From NCBI GenBank assembly GCA_015523325.1, contig WAKO01000015.1, forward strand, positions 75,812 to 123,671: DNA of 47,860 nt. The letters are read 5' to 3'. How positions within the stretch are numbered: the stretch's first letter is position 1; the number at the start of each line of letters is the position of its first letter. A program made the position numbers and the translations under genes. Shown here piece by piece: positions 10,130 to 19,358 of this stretch. The notes below the pieces were generated by a model. The model did no database searches. It was not told the DNA's origin and saw only the letters and a program-made list of their open reading frames with translations. Origin of the DNA: Candidatus Micrarchaeota archaeon (lineage in GTDB: Archaea; Micrarchaeota; Micrarchaeia; Anstonellales; J096).

Positions 10130-11089
10130 ATGGGATTTGATAGCGCTTTAGAGCTTTCATTAACTTTACTTGCAATAGAGATTGTTGTGGGAGCCCTACT
10201 CTATATGGCAAGTAAAATAATAAGGAGTGAAGTAATTGAAAAACTAACTAGAGAGTTTTTGATAAATGTGGTTATAACAACACTCCTTGTTTTTGTTATT
10301 TTAGAAGGGTTTGTTGGATTGATAACAGATTTTTCTAGGATTGCTGCAACTTCCTTTTTAACCTCCATCCCTAATCCACAACTAAATATCCAAGGAAATG
10401 ATTTAATAGAGATAAATCTAGCAATATTAAGAGATGTTATATTCTACTGCCTCCTAGTATTTAGAGACATTGTTTACCAATTTTATACTGCTGTCTATTT
10501 TGTACAAGGAGAAGTTAATTATAGTGGAGTTTCTGGAACTTCTACAAACCCAGGAATTTATGGGTTGTTTTTACAAAACATTATATCAAATATAATAAAT
10601 TTAGAAATACTATATTTTCTTTTATTTAAGTTGTTGCAGCTCTTCAAATACTTTGTATTCCCTATCTTATTTCCTCTAGGGGTTGCATTAAGGTCATTAA
10701 AACCAACTAGAACAATAGGGGCTTTCTTTATGGCTATTTCTCTTGCCTTTTATATAGTATTTCCTTTTGTTTATCTAACAAGCCTTTTATTTTACCCTTC
10801 CAACCTAGTTTGCTTTAGAGAGCAAATAAATTTTTACACAAATCCTTGCCAACCTTTTAGCCCCCTAACCCCTTCTCAAAGAGAAATTACAGGAAGGGCT
10901 TTGTTGTTTGAAATGGGTGAAAACCTAATAACAGCACAAATAAACAGTTATTTGAGGGATTTATTTTTGTTGTTCTGCTTTTTCCCATTAATAGCTTTTG
11001 CCCTGGCCTCAACTTCTGCTAATATAGGAACAACAATGCTTGGAGGAAGGATAGAAGAGATAGGAAGGGGAATTGTTAGGTTTATTTGA
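10130..11089 (+). CDS. Polytopic membrane protein, paralog 6 of 6 (CedA/VirB6-like)
   Basis: FPLGVALRSLKPTRTIGAFFMAISLAFYIVFP motif; C-terminus LGGRIEEIGRGIVRFI. Confidence 0.6.
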   Translation: MGFDSALELSLTLLAIEIVVGALLYMASKIIRSEVIEKLTREFLINVVITTLLVFVILEGFVGLITDFSRIAATSFLTSIPNPQLNIQGNDLIEINLAILRDVIFYCLLVFRDIVYQFYTAVYFVQGEVNYSGVSGTSTNPGIYGLFLQNIISNIINLEILYFLLFKLLQLFKYFVFPILFPLGVALRSLKPTRTIGAFFMAISLAFYIVFPFVYLTSLLFYPSNLVCFREQINFYTNPCQPFSPLTPSQREITGRALLFEMGENLITAQINSYLRDLFLLFCFFPLIAFALASTSANIGTTMLGGRIEEIGRGIVRFI

Positions 11090-11096
11090 TCATTTG

Positions 11097-11630
11097 TTAT
11101 ATTAAGCTAAGTTGCATTAAAAGAAGATCTCTTCTTTTTCCATCCCTTCCTAAATAATAATTTCTTAACCTTCCAACTACTTCAAAGCCCTTCCTTTTAT
11201 ATAGGTTTATTGCTCTATTTCCTTCAACAACTTCCAAAAACATGTTCTCCAACCCTTTTCTTTTTGCAACCTCTATTGAAAGTGAAATAAGCTTTCCCCC
11301 AACTCCAAGCCCTCTAAACTCTTTTTTAACTCCCAAGCTAATAAAACAATTTATCCTATCCTTTATTGAAAGCTCACATATTCCAACCAAATTATTTTCA
11401 AAAAATGAAGAAATAATAACAAGTGTTCCATTCTTTAGTTCAGAGTACTTTTTCCTATAATAAAGGAATTCCTCTTCAATAGTCACTTCTCTAATCACAG
11501 AGATTAAAGCATTTTCCCTAACCAATGAATTAATAAAATCTCTAAGCTCTTTTACTGAAAGAAGCTCTAGGAAGGTTGAAGGTTTTTCAATTATTAAAAA
11601 ATCAAAGCTCTTCAAAGAAATACTTTTCAT
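11097..11630 (-). CDS. GNAT family N-acetyltransferase
   Basis: VKKEFRGLGVGGKL acetyl-CoA motif and NRAINLYKRKGF. Confidence 0.9.
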   Translation of the reverse strand: MKSISLKSFDFLIIEKPSTFLELLSVKELRDFINSLVRENALISVIREVTIEEEFLYYRKKYSELKNGTLVIISSFFENNLVGICELSIKDRINCFISLGVKKEFRGLGVGGKLISLSIEVAKRKGLENMFLEVVEGNRAINLYKRKGFEVVGRLRNYYLGRDGKRRDLLLMQLSLI

Positions 11631-11645
11631 ATTCTCCCTCTTAAA

Positions 11646-13406
11646 TCACACGTAAACCCAAACTATGTAAAGGGAGAGGAGCAAAAATAAGATTATTGCT
11701 AAAGGCATTAAAGCTCTAGCCATTTCATAGCTATTATTAAAGGTTGAAAGAACTTCAACATAAAAATCCTTTCCTAAAACTCTAAGTTCCACTTCTTTCT
11801 CCAAAAACTCAGCTGTTGAGTTGCTATTCTTTAAACTCTCTAAAGCCTCAGAGGCTTTTTTAAACAAAAGATTTATCTCTTCTTCTGTGGGTGTGTATTC
11901 ATTAACCACTCCTCTCTTCAAATTAACTTCATGAGTATCAGTAGTTATTATTAGAATATTTTTAGTTAAGCTTGAGAGCTTCTTTTCAAGCATTGCTTTT
12001 CCTTTCTTTGATACTGAATTTCCATCAACAATAATCAAAAGGATCGGTTCTTTCCAATCAAACCACACACCAAAAATACCGGCTCCTCCAATAGAAGAGT
12101 TATTTGGCATTAAATGAAAATAGGAGGTTTTTAGAGGCACCTTCTCAAGCTTCTCTAATTCAAATTTAGAATCCAAAAAGCTTTGAGCTAAGGAGAGGTA
12201 CTCTTTTCCTTCTTTTGAAAAAATATTAAAGTAAGTTACATCTTTTCCTTCAGAGTTATGCATATCTGCAACAAAAACCTTATCAAACTTTTTTGAGAGC
12301 TTCTCCTTTATTAAAAGACCTAAAGTATACTCAACATCCTCTGTTGTGTTGGGCTCTCTTGTTAAAAAAACTAAAGCGTTCCTATCAAATATTAAGAAGA
12401 AAGCCTTAGCATTTTTATTGGAAAACTTGAAGAAGGAAAAGTTCTTAGCTTTCTCCTTTGAAGTCCTTTTTGAAAAGGCTAGGGAAATAACTTCTGAGAT
12501 TAGCTTTTCTTTTTGAAAAGAGCTAGCTAGGTTCATATCATGGTTTGTCAAGCTATGTAAAGAAATAGCGTTATTAAGCTTTCTTTTTAGTGAAGAGGGA
12601 AAATCACTACTCCCTAGTTTTCCAAAAGGGCCATAATGGATGGGGGGGATAACAATAAAGAATTCATTGGATTTTTTTCCATTGTTTTTTATTTTAAACC
12701 TTATTAGCTCAAGGTTTCCTCTAAACTTTTTTGAGAACTTTGTTAAAGCTTTTTCAAGCTCATTCTCTTTGAAGAACCACTGAGAAAAAAACATTTGCAT
12801 GATCCTTAAAACAGAAAACCCGAAATTCCTTTTAACAGGAAGGCTAACTAAATAGTAAAGTCCATAGATTCCAACTATAAATAAAGAGAGGGAAATTATT
12901 AGCTTTGGATTTAAAGAGAGCAAATCTTTGTAGGTCAGAGGGGCTAACAAAAAAGAGTAAATTATGAACTGAAGAAAAGAGAATATAATTGACTTCGCTT
13001 GGGATTTGAAGAACACAACCCCTACAAAATACCACATTAAAGAAGCTATTAACCCTCCTATTAAAACAAAAGCAGGCACAGCTCCTATTCCAAAAATATA
13101 AAAAAGTAAAGCAGAGATAAAGAAAAGGGTGGAGTAGATAAACCCTCCTATTCCTCCAGCAAGAAAAAATTGCTTTAAGCTTGCTTTCCTAAAAATAAGC
13201 TTAGCTAAAAGAGAAATGAAGAGGGAAGGAACAGAAAAAAGAGCCAAAAAGCTAACAACGTTTTGAAGAATTGAGTTGCTAATAAACCCTAAAACAAGGC
13301 CAAGAAAAAGGGGGTAAAGGAAAAGCAAAAAGATTATTTGTTTCCAACTTACATTAAATCCAAAAAATTTAGTAAGGTTTATTGCTTTTTTTGCTTTTTC
13401 TCTCAT
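11646..13406 (-). CDS. DUF2070-family archaeal membrane protein
   Basis: N-terminal TM bundle, then HYGPFGKLGSS, H.LTNHDMN, DMHN, DGN and TTDTH motifs. Confidence 0.8.
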   Translation of the reverse strand: MREKAKKAINLTKFFGFNVSWKQIIFLLFLYPLFLGLVLGFISNSILQNVVSFLALFSVPSLFISLLAKLIFRKASLKQFFLAGGIGGFIYSTLFFISALLFYIFGIGAVPAFVLIGGLIASLMWYFVGVVFFKSQAKSIIFSFLQFIIYSFLLAPLTYKDLLSLNPKLIISLSLFIVGIYGLYYLVSLPVKRNFGFSVLRIMQMFFSQWFFKENELEKALTKFSKKFRGNLELIRFKIKNNGKKSNEFFIVIPPIHYGPFGKLGSSDFPSSLKRKLNNAISLHSLTNHDMNLASSFQKEKLISEVISLAFSKRTSKEKAKNFSFFKFSNKNAKAFFLIFDRNALVFLTREPNTTEDVEYTLGLLIKEKLSKKFDKVFVADMHNSEGKDVTYFNIFSKEGKEYLSLAQSFLDSKFELEKLEKVPLKTSYFHLMPNNSSIGGAGIFGVWFDWKEPILLIIVDGNSVSKKGKAMLEKKLSSLTKNILIITTDTHEVNLKRGVVNEYTPTEEEINLLFKKASEALESLKNSNSTAEFLEKEVELRVLGKDFYVEVLSTFNNSYEMARALMPLAIILFLLLSLYIVWVYV

Positions 13407-13605
13407 TTTTAACTCCTTTTCTCACATTCTCCTCAACTTTCATAATTAAGTTTTTCAAATAATAAGTATTTCTAATAAATTCCTTTGCAACAACATCAAA
13501 GCTCTTTCTCCTCCTAACAGCTATCTTCATTAGCTCTAAGGTTAGATACCTCAATTCAGAGTTTGCGCTTTCTCTTTGAAACTCAAAGTCATCAAAATCT
13601 TCCAT
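13369..13605 (-). CDS. Small hypothetical protein (78 aa; start moved to ATG 13605)
   Basis: Compact helical ORF overlapping the DUF2070 start; TATA-like element upstream. Confidence 0.6.
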   Translation of the reverse strand: MEDFDDFEFQRESANSELRYLTLELMKIAVRRRKSFDVVAKEFIRNTYYLKNLIMKVEENVRKGVKNERKSKKSNKPY

Positions 13606-13718
13606 AAAGTAACCTATATCTAAAAAATTTAAATACCTTATCATAAAAATTCAAAGCTCAAAACAACTCAAAAAGAAACCAAGAGTTTAAAATCCTTCTA
13701 ATAAATAAATTCTCTACA

Positions 13719-14912
13719 ATGGAAAGTATAGAAAAGCTATTGGAAAAGCCATCAATATTTAAGGATAGGAGGGTACTATCCCCTCATTTTATTCCCTCTG
13801 AGCTTCCCTATAGAGAGGAGCACATAAAAAAAATTTTAAGAAACTTAGCAGTGGTTTTAAGAGGAGAAAAACCAAGAAACATCTTTATTTATGGAAAAAC
13901 AGGAACAGGAAAAACCTCAACAATAAAACACATAATAAGAAGGCTAGAAGAGTTTAAACAAACAAAAGGAATGGAGAACATAAAGATGTTTTATTTAAAC
14001 AGTAGGATGATGTATAATTCAAGGTACAGGATTTTAACAAAAGTTATGAAGAGCTATTACCCAGAACTGGAAAAGAGTGGGTTTGGTTTAACTTATGTTT
14101 ATGAGAAACTTGTTGAATTTTTAGAGGAAGGAAACCACTTGGTTTTAACAATAGATGAAATTGACGTTGTAAAGGATTTAGATGACTTGGTTTATACAAT
14201 AACTAGGGTTAATGACGAAGTAGAAAAAGGCTCATTAAGTGTTGTTGGGATAAGTAATAAGTTAAGCTTCAAACAAAACCTAGACCCTAGGAGTAGGAGC
14301 TCTTTATTTGAGGAAGAGCTAGTTTTCCCTCCCTACAATGCTTCACAACTAAAAAAGATTTTAATGCAAAGAGTTGAACAGGGATTTGTGAAAGGAGTGG
14401 TTAGTGAAGGGGCTATCTCTTTAATAGCTGCAATAACAGCTCAAGAAAATGGAGATGCTAGATATGCTTTAAAGCTCTTGCTAAAAGCTGGAGAGGAAGG
14501 GGAAGAAGAAGGAAGAGTAGAGGAGAAGCATGTTAAAAAGGCTATTGAAAGTGTAGAGCACGATTTGGCGGAAGAGGCAATAAAAACCCTTCCAATAAAT
14601 CAACAAATCCTCCTCTATTCCATAGCCAAAATGACTCTTGCAAATAAAAAGATGACAACATTAACAAATGATGGAAATTATTTCTTTTCCGGGGATGTTT
14701 ACAAATATTACACAAAGGTTTGTAAAGAACTTGAAAAAAAACCAAAAAGCTCAAGGTGGTATAGAGAATATATAAATGAGTTGGAAAACCTTGGATTAAT
14801 CTCTAGCATATTTACAGGAAAGGGGATAAGAGGACATACTAGACTAATAAAGCTAGGAATTTCTCCCGAAGGAGTGATAAAGAGCATAGAGAAAAGGTTG
14901 AAAAGAGAATAA
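13719..14912 (+). CDS. cdc6: Orc1/Cdc6 replication initiator
   Basis: LPYREE, GKTGTGKT, IDEID, LDPRSRSSL, FPPY and GDARYAL motifs; C-terminal winged helix. Confidence 0.95.
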   Translation: MESIEKLLEKPSIFKDRRVLSPHFIPSELPYREEHIKKILRNLAVVLRGEKPRNIFIYGKTGTGKTSTIKHIIRRLEEFKQTKGMENIKMFYLNSRMMYNSRYRILTKVMKSYYPELEKSGFGLTYVYEKLVEFLEEGNHLVLTIDEIDVVKDLDDLVYTITRVNDEVEKGSLSVVGISNKLSFKQNLDPRSRSSLFEEELVFPPYNASQLKKILMQRVEQGFVKGVVSEGAISLIAAITAQENGDARYALKLLLKAGEEGEEEGRVEEKHVKKAIESVEHDLAEEAIKTLPINQQILLYSIAKMTLANKKMTTLTNDGNYFFSGDVYKYYTKVCKELEKKPKSSRWYREYINELENLGLISSIFTGKGIRGHTRLIKLGISPEGVIKSIEKRLKRE

Positions 14913-14920
14913 GGGAAAAA

Positions 14921-15457
14921 ATGAGAAGGATAGTAATTGTAGGAATAGCACTCTTACTCTTATTTTTAGCAGGATGTATAAGAGATAGAAACTCTATAAT
15001 GCAGGAGGATTGTAATTCCTATAGTGGGATGCAAAGAGACAATTGCTTACTCTATAAATCTTACTTTATTGCCCTCCAAGGAGATAAAGAGGAGGCAATA
15101 AACAATTGTAAGGAAATACTTGGAGAAGATCCTGAAAGCACAATAGATGCAACTTCAAGCGCTATCTCATTAAAGGTCTACTTTAGATATCAAAAATACA
15201 AAAATTGTATTGAAAGAGTTGCCGTATTCTCAAAAGATGATAGAGTTTGTGAGTGGATTGATAAGCCTAAAATAAAGAACATATTCATTAATTTTCAAAC
15301 AGGAGTAAACCTAGCTCTTGACTTTATTGGAGGGTTAAGCCCAGGAGAGTTTATTCAAAATGAAGTTGAAAGGTGTAAGAAAAAAGTTTATTATGAGGCA
15401 AATCTCAAGAATTCCCTAGCTAAAAACATAGAGAGATATGTTATCTCTCCTTCTTAG
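14921..15457 (+). CDS. Cys-rich putative lipoprotein
   Basis: Basic N-terminus, hydrophobic core and LAGC lipobox; spaced Cys residues. Confidence 0.7.
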   Translation: MRRIVIVGIALLLLFLAGCIRDRNSIMQEDCNSYSGMQRDNCLLYKSYFIALQGDKEEAINNCKEILGEDPESTIDATSSAISLKVYFRYQKYKNCIERVAVFSKDDRVCEWIDKPKIKNIFINFQTGVNLALDFIGGLSPGEFIQNEVERCKKKVYYEANLKNSLAKNIERYVISPS

Positions 15458-15513
15458 ATCTCTCTTTTATGTTCTCCACATATTCATTAATTAAAATTAA
15501 ATAAAGCATTAAA

Positions 15514-15597
15514 TGCAGGGGGTGGGATTCGAACCCACGAACCCACTAAGGGACTGGCTCCTAAGGCCAGCGCCGTTGACCACTGGGCGACCCCTGC
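15514..15597 (-). tRNA. tRNA-Leu(TAG)
   Basis: GCAGGGG acceptor stem, CTGGC-CT TAG GA-GCCAG anticodon arm, long variable arm, GGTTCGAATCC T-arm. Confidence 0.97.
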
Positions 15598-15624
15598 CAA
15601 GAACCCTCTCTTGGAACCTTCCTT

Positions 15625-15857
15625 CACGGGGCCTTGCCCCCCGTGGACCCTCCTGAAAGGCCCTTAGGAGGTTCCCAAAGCTAAGGCTTTTCTAAGCCTT
15701 CTCCACGGGGCCTTGCCCCCCGTGGACCCTCCTGAAAGGCCCTTAGGAGGTTCCCAGAGCTAAGGCCCTCAGATGCTTTTTTGGGCCTTGCCCTCACGGG
15801 GCCGTGCCCCCCGTGAACCCTTCTGAAAGGTCTTTCTGAGGTTTCCAAGGCTTAGGG
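15625..15857. repeat. Three tandem GC-rich ~63-nt structured repeats (putative ncRNA modules)
   Basis: Copies start at 15625, 15704 and 15795. Copies 1 and 2 match at 62 of 63 nt; copy 3 is diverged. Each contains two hairpins. Confidence 0.9.
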
Positions 15858-15939
15858 AGTAATAATAGGATAGCTAAATAAAGATTAAAAATTTAAGCAT
15901 GACTAAACTATAAAAATTGAGAAGAGCAGAGGGATTAAT

Positions 15940-16422
15940 TTGAAGAGTGTTGAGAAAGAAAGTATAAAGAGATTATATATAAAAAGTCTAAAAGAGGAAT
16001 TAAGAGGGAAAGAGAAAGAAGAGCTGTTAAGGAGAAGAAGATCAATAAGAGTTGGATTATTAGGAGGTTTTTTTGATTTCCTTCACATAGGACATATAAA
16101 AGCTTTAAAAGAGGCTAAGGACAAGGTTGATGTTTTAGTTGTTGTTATTGCTAGGGAAAAGGAAGGGGAGTGGAAAAAACCTATACACACTATAAAGGAA
16201 AGGGTTGAGCTAGTAAGCTCAATAAAATATGTGGATATTGTTATAGAAGGAAGAGAAAACAAGCTTGAAACATTGAGAAAAGTAGATCCAGATGTAATTT
16301 TTTATGGGTATGATCAGGAAGAATTTATAAAAGAAGAAGGAGTGGAAATAGTTAGGCTTTCTCCCTATAAACCAGAAAAGATAAAGACAACAAAGATTAA
16401 GAAACACTATGGATTTTTCTAA
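15940..16422 (+). CDS. Cytidylyltransferase-family nucleotidyltransferase, probable FAD synthase (RibL-like)
   Basis: GGFFDFLHIGH (HxGH), ERVELVSSIKYVD and PDVIFYGYDQ. Confidence 0.8.
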   Translation: MKSVEKESIKRLYIKSLKEELRGKEKEELLRRRRSIRVGLLGGFFDFLHIGHIKALKEAKDKVDVLVVVIAREKEGEWKKPIHTIKERVELVSSIKYVDIVIEGRENKLETLRKVDPDVIFYGYDQEEFIKEEGVEIVRLSPYKPEKIKTTKIKKHYGFF

Positions 16423-16487
16423 ATATTTTAGAGGGAAAAAATCACAAAAAATTAGTATTTAAAACCTTCCTTATGATTGCTTAAATA

Positions 16488-17843
16488 ATGGGTGTTATTG
16501 GATTCTTAATTGCTCTCTCATTAGCTTTTCTCTCCTATTTTATAGCAAAAAGCATAAAGCTTCCTGAATTAGCAATTCTCCTCATAATAGCTTCTTTAGT
16601 AGGACCAAATGGTTTTGAATTGGTTACGATGGAAGAGGTGGAGATATTCTCTTCAATAGGAGTTATGTTTCTACTCTACATGATAGGGCTTGAGTTTAAA
16701 ACAGAGAACCTCCTTTTTTATGGGAAAAGAGGACTGTTATTTGCAGTTTTGAAGATGACGTTAGTTGCTATTCCTATAAGCATAATGGCTTATTTTTTGT
16801 TTAACTTCTCTGTTTTTCAAGCCCTTTTGTTGGGAGCAGGTTTATCAATAACAAGCACAGCAATATTTTCTCAAGTTGCAAAAAGTTTTGGAGTTCATAA
16901 AAGACCAGAAGCAAAACAATTATTTGCAGAACTAGTTTGGGAAGATATATTTGCTATTTTTCTCTTGCTCCTTGTTTCATCTTATGGAAAAGAAAGCAGC
17001 ATTTTTGTGAACATAATAGTTGGGTTGTTGTATTTTGCAATTCCTTACTTCATAGTAAGAGAAATCTCTAGCGTTTTAGTGAAAAAATTGCCAAATGATG
17101 AGGAGGTTTATTTCCTATTTTCAATGGCAATAGCCGGAGTGTTGGTTTTGGTTGGTGAGTTGCTTAACGTTTCAGAGGAGTTGGCTGCTTTTTTGGCTGG
17201 AAGTATAGTGGCTAATTTTAAGGAGATTGAGAGGATAAAACAACACCTAAAAATACTTAGCTCAACATTTATAATATTCTTCTTTTTCTCCCTAGGAATG
17301 CAAGGAAACTTACTAGTGCTATTAAATCCTTTGCTAATTGGGTTTATCTTATTTGTGCTACTAGTGAATGCTATATTTAAGACTTTTTCAACCTCATTCA
17401 TAACCCTTCTCTTCAGAGGTACTCCAAAGCAAGCTGCAATGTCTGGTTTGTTAATGATGTCAATAGGAGAGTTTTCCTTGTTGCTGGCTGATAAAGGAAG
17501 GGAATTTTTTGAAGGTTTTGATGTGTTTAGTTTTGTTTCAGGTTTGGTTTTAGTTAGTTCAGTTCTTGCATGGTATTTTCCAAAGCTTTATCCAGCTTAT
17601 GCAAGCTATTTAATAAGAGTGGTTAACCACTCCTCATCCTTGTTCAATGTTCTAAGAAAGAAGTTAGTTATACTTAAAGAAGATAAAAAAATATTTTATG
17701 CGATCCTCTTTATCCTAGCATTTCCACTTTCTAGCTTAATATTAAATAGTGCTCTTCCTTTACCACTCTTGTTGCTTGCAACTATTTCCTTAATATTTAT
17801 TGCCACATTAAGAGGTAAAAAAAGAAAAAATAAAAGCAATTAA
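16488..17843 (+). CDS. Cation:proton antiporter, CPA2 (KefB-like)
   Basis: GVMFLLYMIGLEF, SITSTAI, ED and GEFS motifs; about 13 TM segments. Confidence 0.88.
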   Translation: MGVIGFLIALSLAFLSYFIAKSIKLPELAILLIIASLVGPNGFELVTMEEVEIFSSIGVMFLLYMIGLEFKTENLLFYGKRGLLFAVLKMTLVAIPISIMAYFLFNFSVFQALLLGAGLSITSTAIFSQVAKSFGVHKRPEAKQLFAELVWEDIFAIFLLLLVSSYGKESSIFVNIIVGLLYFAIPYFIVREISSVLVKKLPNDEEVYFLFSMAIAGVLVLVGELLNVSEELAAFLAGSIVANFKEIERIKQHLKILSSTFIIFFFFSLGMQGNLLVLLNPLLIGFILFVLLVNAIFKTFSTSFITLLFRGTPKQAAMSGLLMMSIGEFSLLLADKGREFFEGFDVFSFVSGLVLVSSVLAWYFPKLYPAYASYLIRVVNHSSSLFNVLRKKLVILKEDKKIFYAILFILAFPLSSLILNSALPLPLLLLATISLIFIATLRGKKRKNKSN

Positions 17844-19255
17844 CCCTTAACAACTCCTACTGGTTTTAACTTTGCCACAACATCACTTATTCCTGCTAAT
17901 TCAACACTCCTAACAACAACATCAACATCTTTATAAGCTTGAGGAGCCTCCTCAGTAACTCCTCTCAAAGTTTTGCTTCTTACATAAATACCCTTATCCA
18001 AGAGCTGTTTTAAGAGGCTCTCAGCCCTCCAAGTTTCTCTTGCCTTTCTCCTACTCATCCTCCTTCCTGCTCCATGGCAAGAGCTTCCAAAGCTTATCTC
18101 AAGTCCTTTTTCTTTTCCAACTAAAACATAGCTTGAGGTTCCCATACTACCAGGAATTAGGACAGGTTGACCAAGCTCTTTAAAGATATTTGGCAAGTCC
18201 TTGTGGTTTGGAGGAAAGGCTCTGGTTGCTCCTTTTCTGTGTATAATTAAGTCAAATTCTTCTCCCTCAAAAACATGTTTTTCAAATTTTGCTATGTTGT
18301 GGGCTACATCATAAAGGAGAGGCATTTCTTCCTTTGAGATTGAATAGAGCTTATCAAAAACCTCTCTCACAAAATAGGTTATTATTTGTCTATTTGTGAA
18401 TGCAAAATTTATGGCAGAGTTCATAGCACTCAAATAAGATTGGGCCTCCTCCCTATAAAGAGGGAGATAAACTAACTCCAAATCAGGAAGGAAAAGATTA
18501 AGCCTCTTTGCTATTGGAAGGAACTCTCTTATATAATCACTAGCTATTTGGTGCCCATAACCTCTAGAACCACAATGGATCATAATTACTATCTGCCCTT
18601 TTTGTAATCCAAACTCATTTGCTATTGGAGAAAAAACCTTCTCAACAACTTGAACTTCTAAAAAGTGATTTCCAGAGCCCAAAGTTCCTAATTGAAATCT
18701 TCCTCTTTCCTTAGCTTTCTTTGATACTTTGGAGGGATCTCCTTTAACTCTTCCATACTCCTCAATCCTTTCCTTATCTTCTTTTAAAGCAAATCCATTC
18801 TCAATAGCCCAATCAATTCCTTTTTCTCCAACCTCATCAAGCTCTTCTTTTGAAAGCCTTATTCCACTTTCACTTCCAACACCAGAAGGAACAGATTTGT
18901 AGAGAGCATCAACCAACTCCTTTAAATTAATCTCACTAGCAAATAGAGGGGTTTTTATTAACCTAACTCCACAATTTATATCATATCCAACCCCTCCTGG
19001 AGAAACAATTCCATTCTCTTTTTCAAACGCAGCAACCCCTCCTATAGGAAATCCATAACCTTCATGAGCATCAGGCATTAAAACAGAATTCCTAAATATT
19101 CCAGGCAAGGAAGAAACATTTCTTAATTGGGAAAGGGTCTTATCTTTTTTTAAAGACCTTATTACTTCCTCAACACCAACAATTAAAGCATCAACTTTCA
19201 TTGGAGGTTCTTTTTTCATCCTCCAAATAGCTTTCCCTAGCTTTTCAAATTCCAT
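17840..19255 (-). CDS. rtcB: tRNA-splicing ligase RtcB
   Basis: MPDAHEGYGFPIG, GYDINCG, GSGNHFLE, HRKGAT and HGAGR motifs. Confidence 0.98.
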   Translation of the reverse strand: MEFEKLGKAIWRMKKEPPMKVDALIVGVEEVIRSLKKDKTLSQLRNVSSLPGIFRNSVLMPDAHEGYGFPIGGVAAFEKENGIVSPGGVGYDINCGVRLIKTPLFASEINLKELVDALYKSVPSGVGSESGIRLSKEELDEVGEKGIDWAIENGFALKEDKERIEEYGRVKGDPSKVSKKAKERGRFQLGTLGSGNHFLEVQVVEKVFSPIANEFGLQKGQIVIMIHCGSRGYGHQIASDYIREFLPIAKRLNLFLPDLELVYLPLYREEAQSYLSAMNSAINFAFTNRQIITYFVREVFDKLYSISKEEMPLLYDVAHNIAKFEKHVFEGEEFDLIIHRKGATRAFPPNHKDLPNIFKELGQPVLIPGSMGTSSYVLVGKEKGLEISFGSSCHGAGRRMSRRKARETWRAESLLKQLLDKGIYVRSKTLRGVTEEAPQAYKDVDVVVRSVELAGISDVVAKLKPVGVVKG

Positions 19256-19323
19256 TCTCTCCCCCTAAGTCTTTAATAAATCTTTAAATATTAGAGGTAA
19301 ACACTCTTAGATAATAGAACAAA

Positions 19324-19336
19324 AAAGGTTTAAAAA
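19324..19336 (+). promoter_or_regulatory. Archaeal BRE-TATA promoter (AAAGGTTTAAAAA) of a probably leaderless gene
   Basis: TATA begins 30 nt before the ATG at 19359; the same motif recurs upstream of several genes. Confidence 0.6.
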
Positions 19337-19358
19337 CCAAGAAGCTCATTTTAAAAGT

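Noticed and set aside
13606-13718. Replication origin next to cdc6
   Set aside because: Short gap explained by two divergent promoters; no ORB-like repeats or G-string seen.
15625-15857. Repeats as a CRISPR array
   Set aside because: The 63-nt units are too long, the 16 and 28 nt linkers are short and unequal, and the cas genes are about 24 kb away.
15625-15857. Repeats as HDV-like or hammerhead ribozymes, or tRNA pseudogenes
   Set aside because: GCTAA resembles an HDV J4/2, but I could not build the P1/P3/P1.1 double pseudoknot. No CUGANGA core and no cloverleaf.
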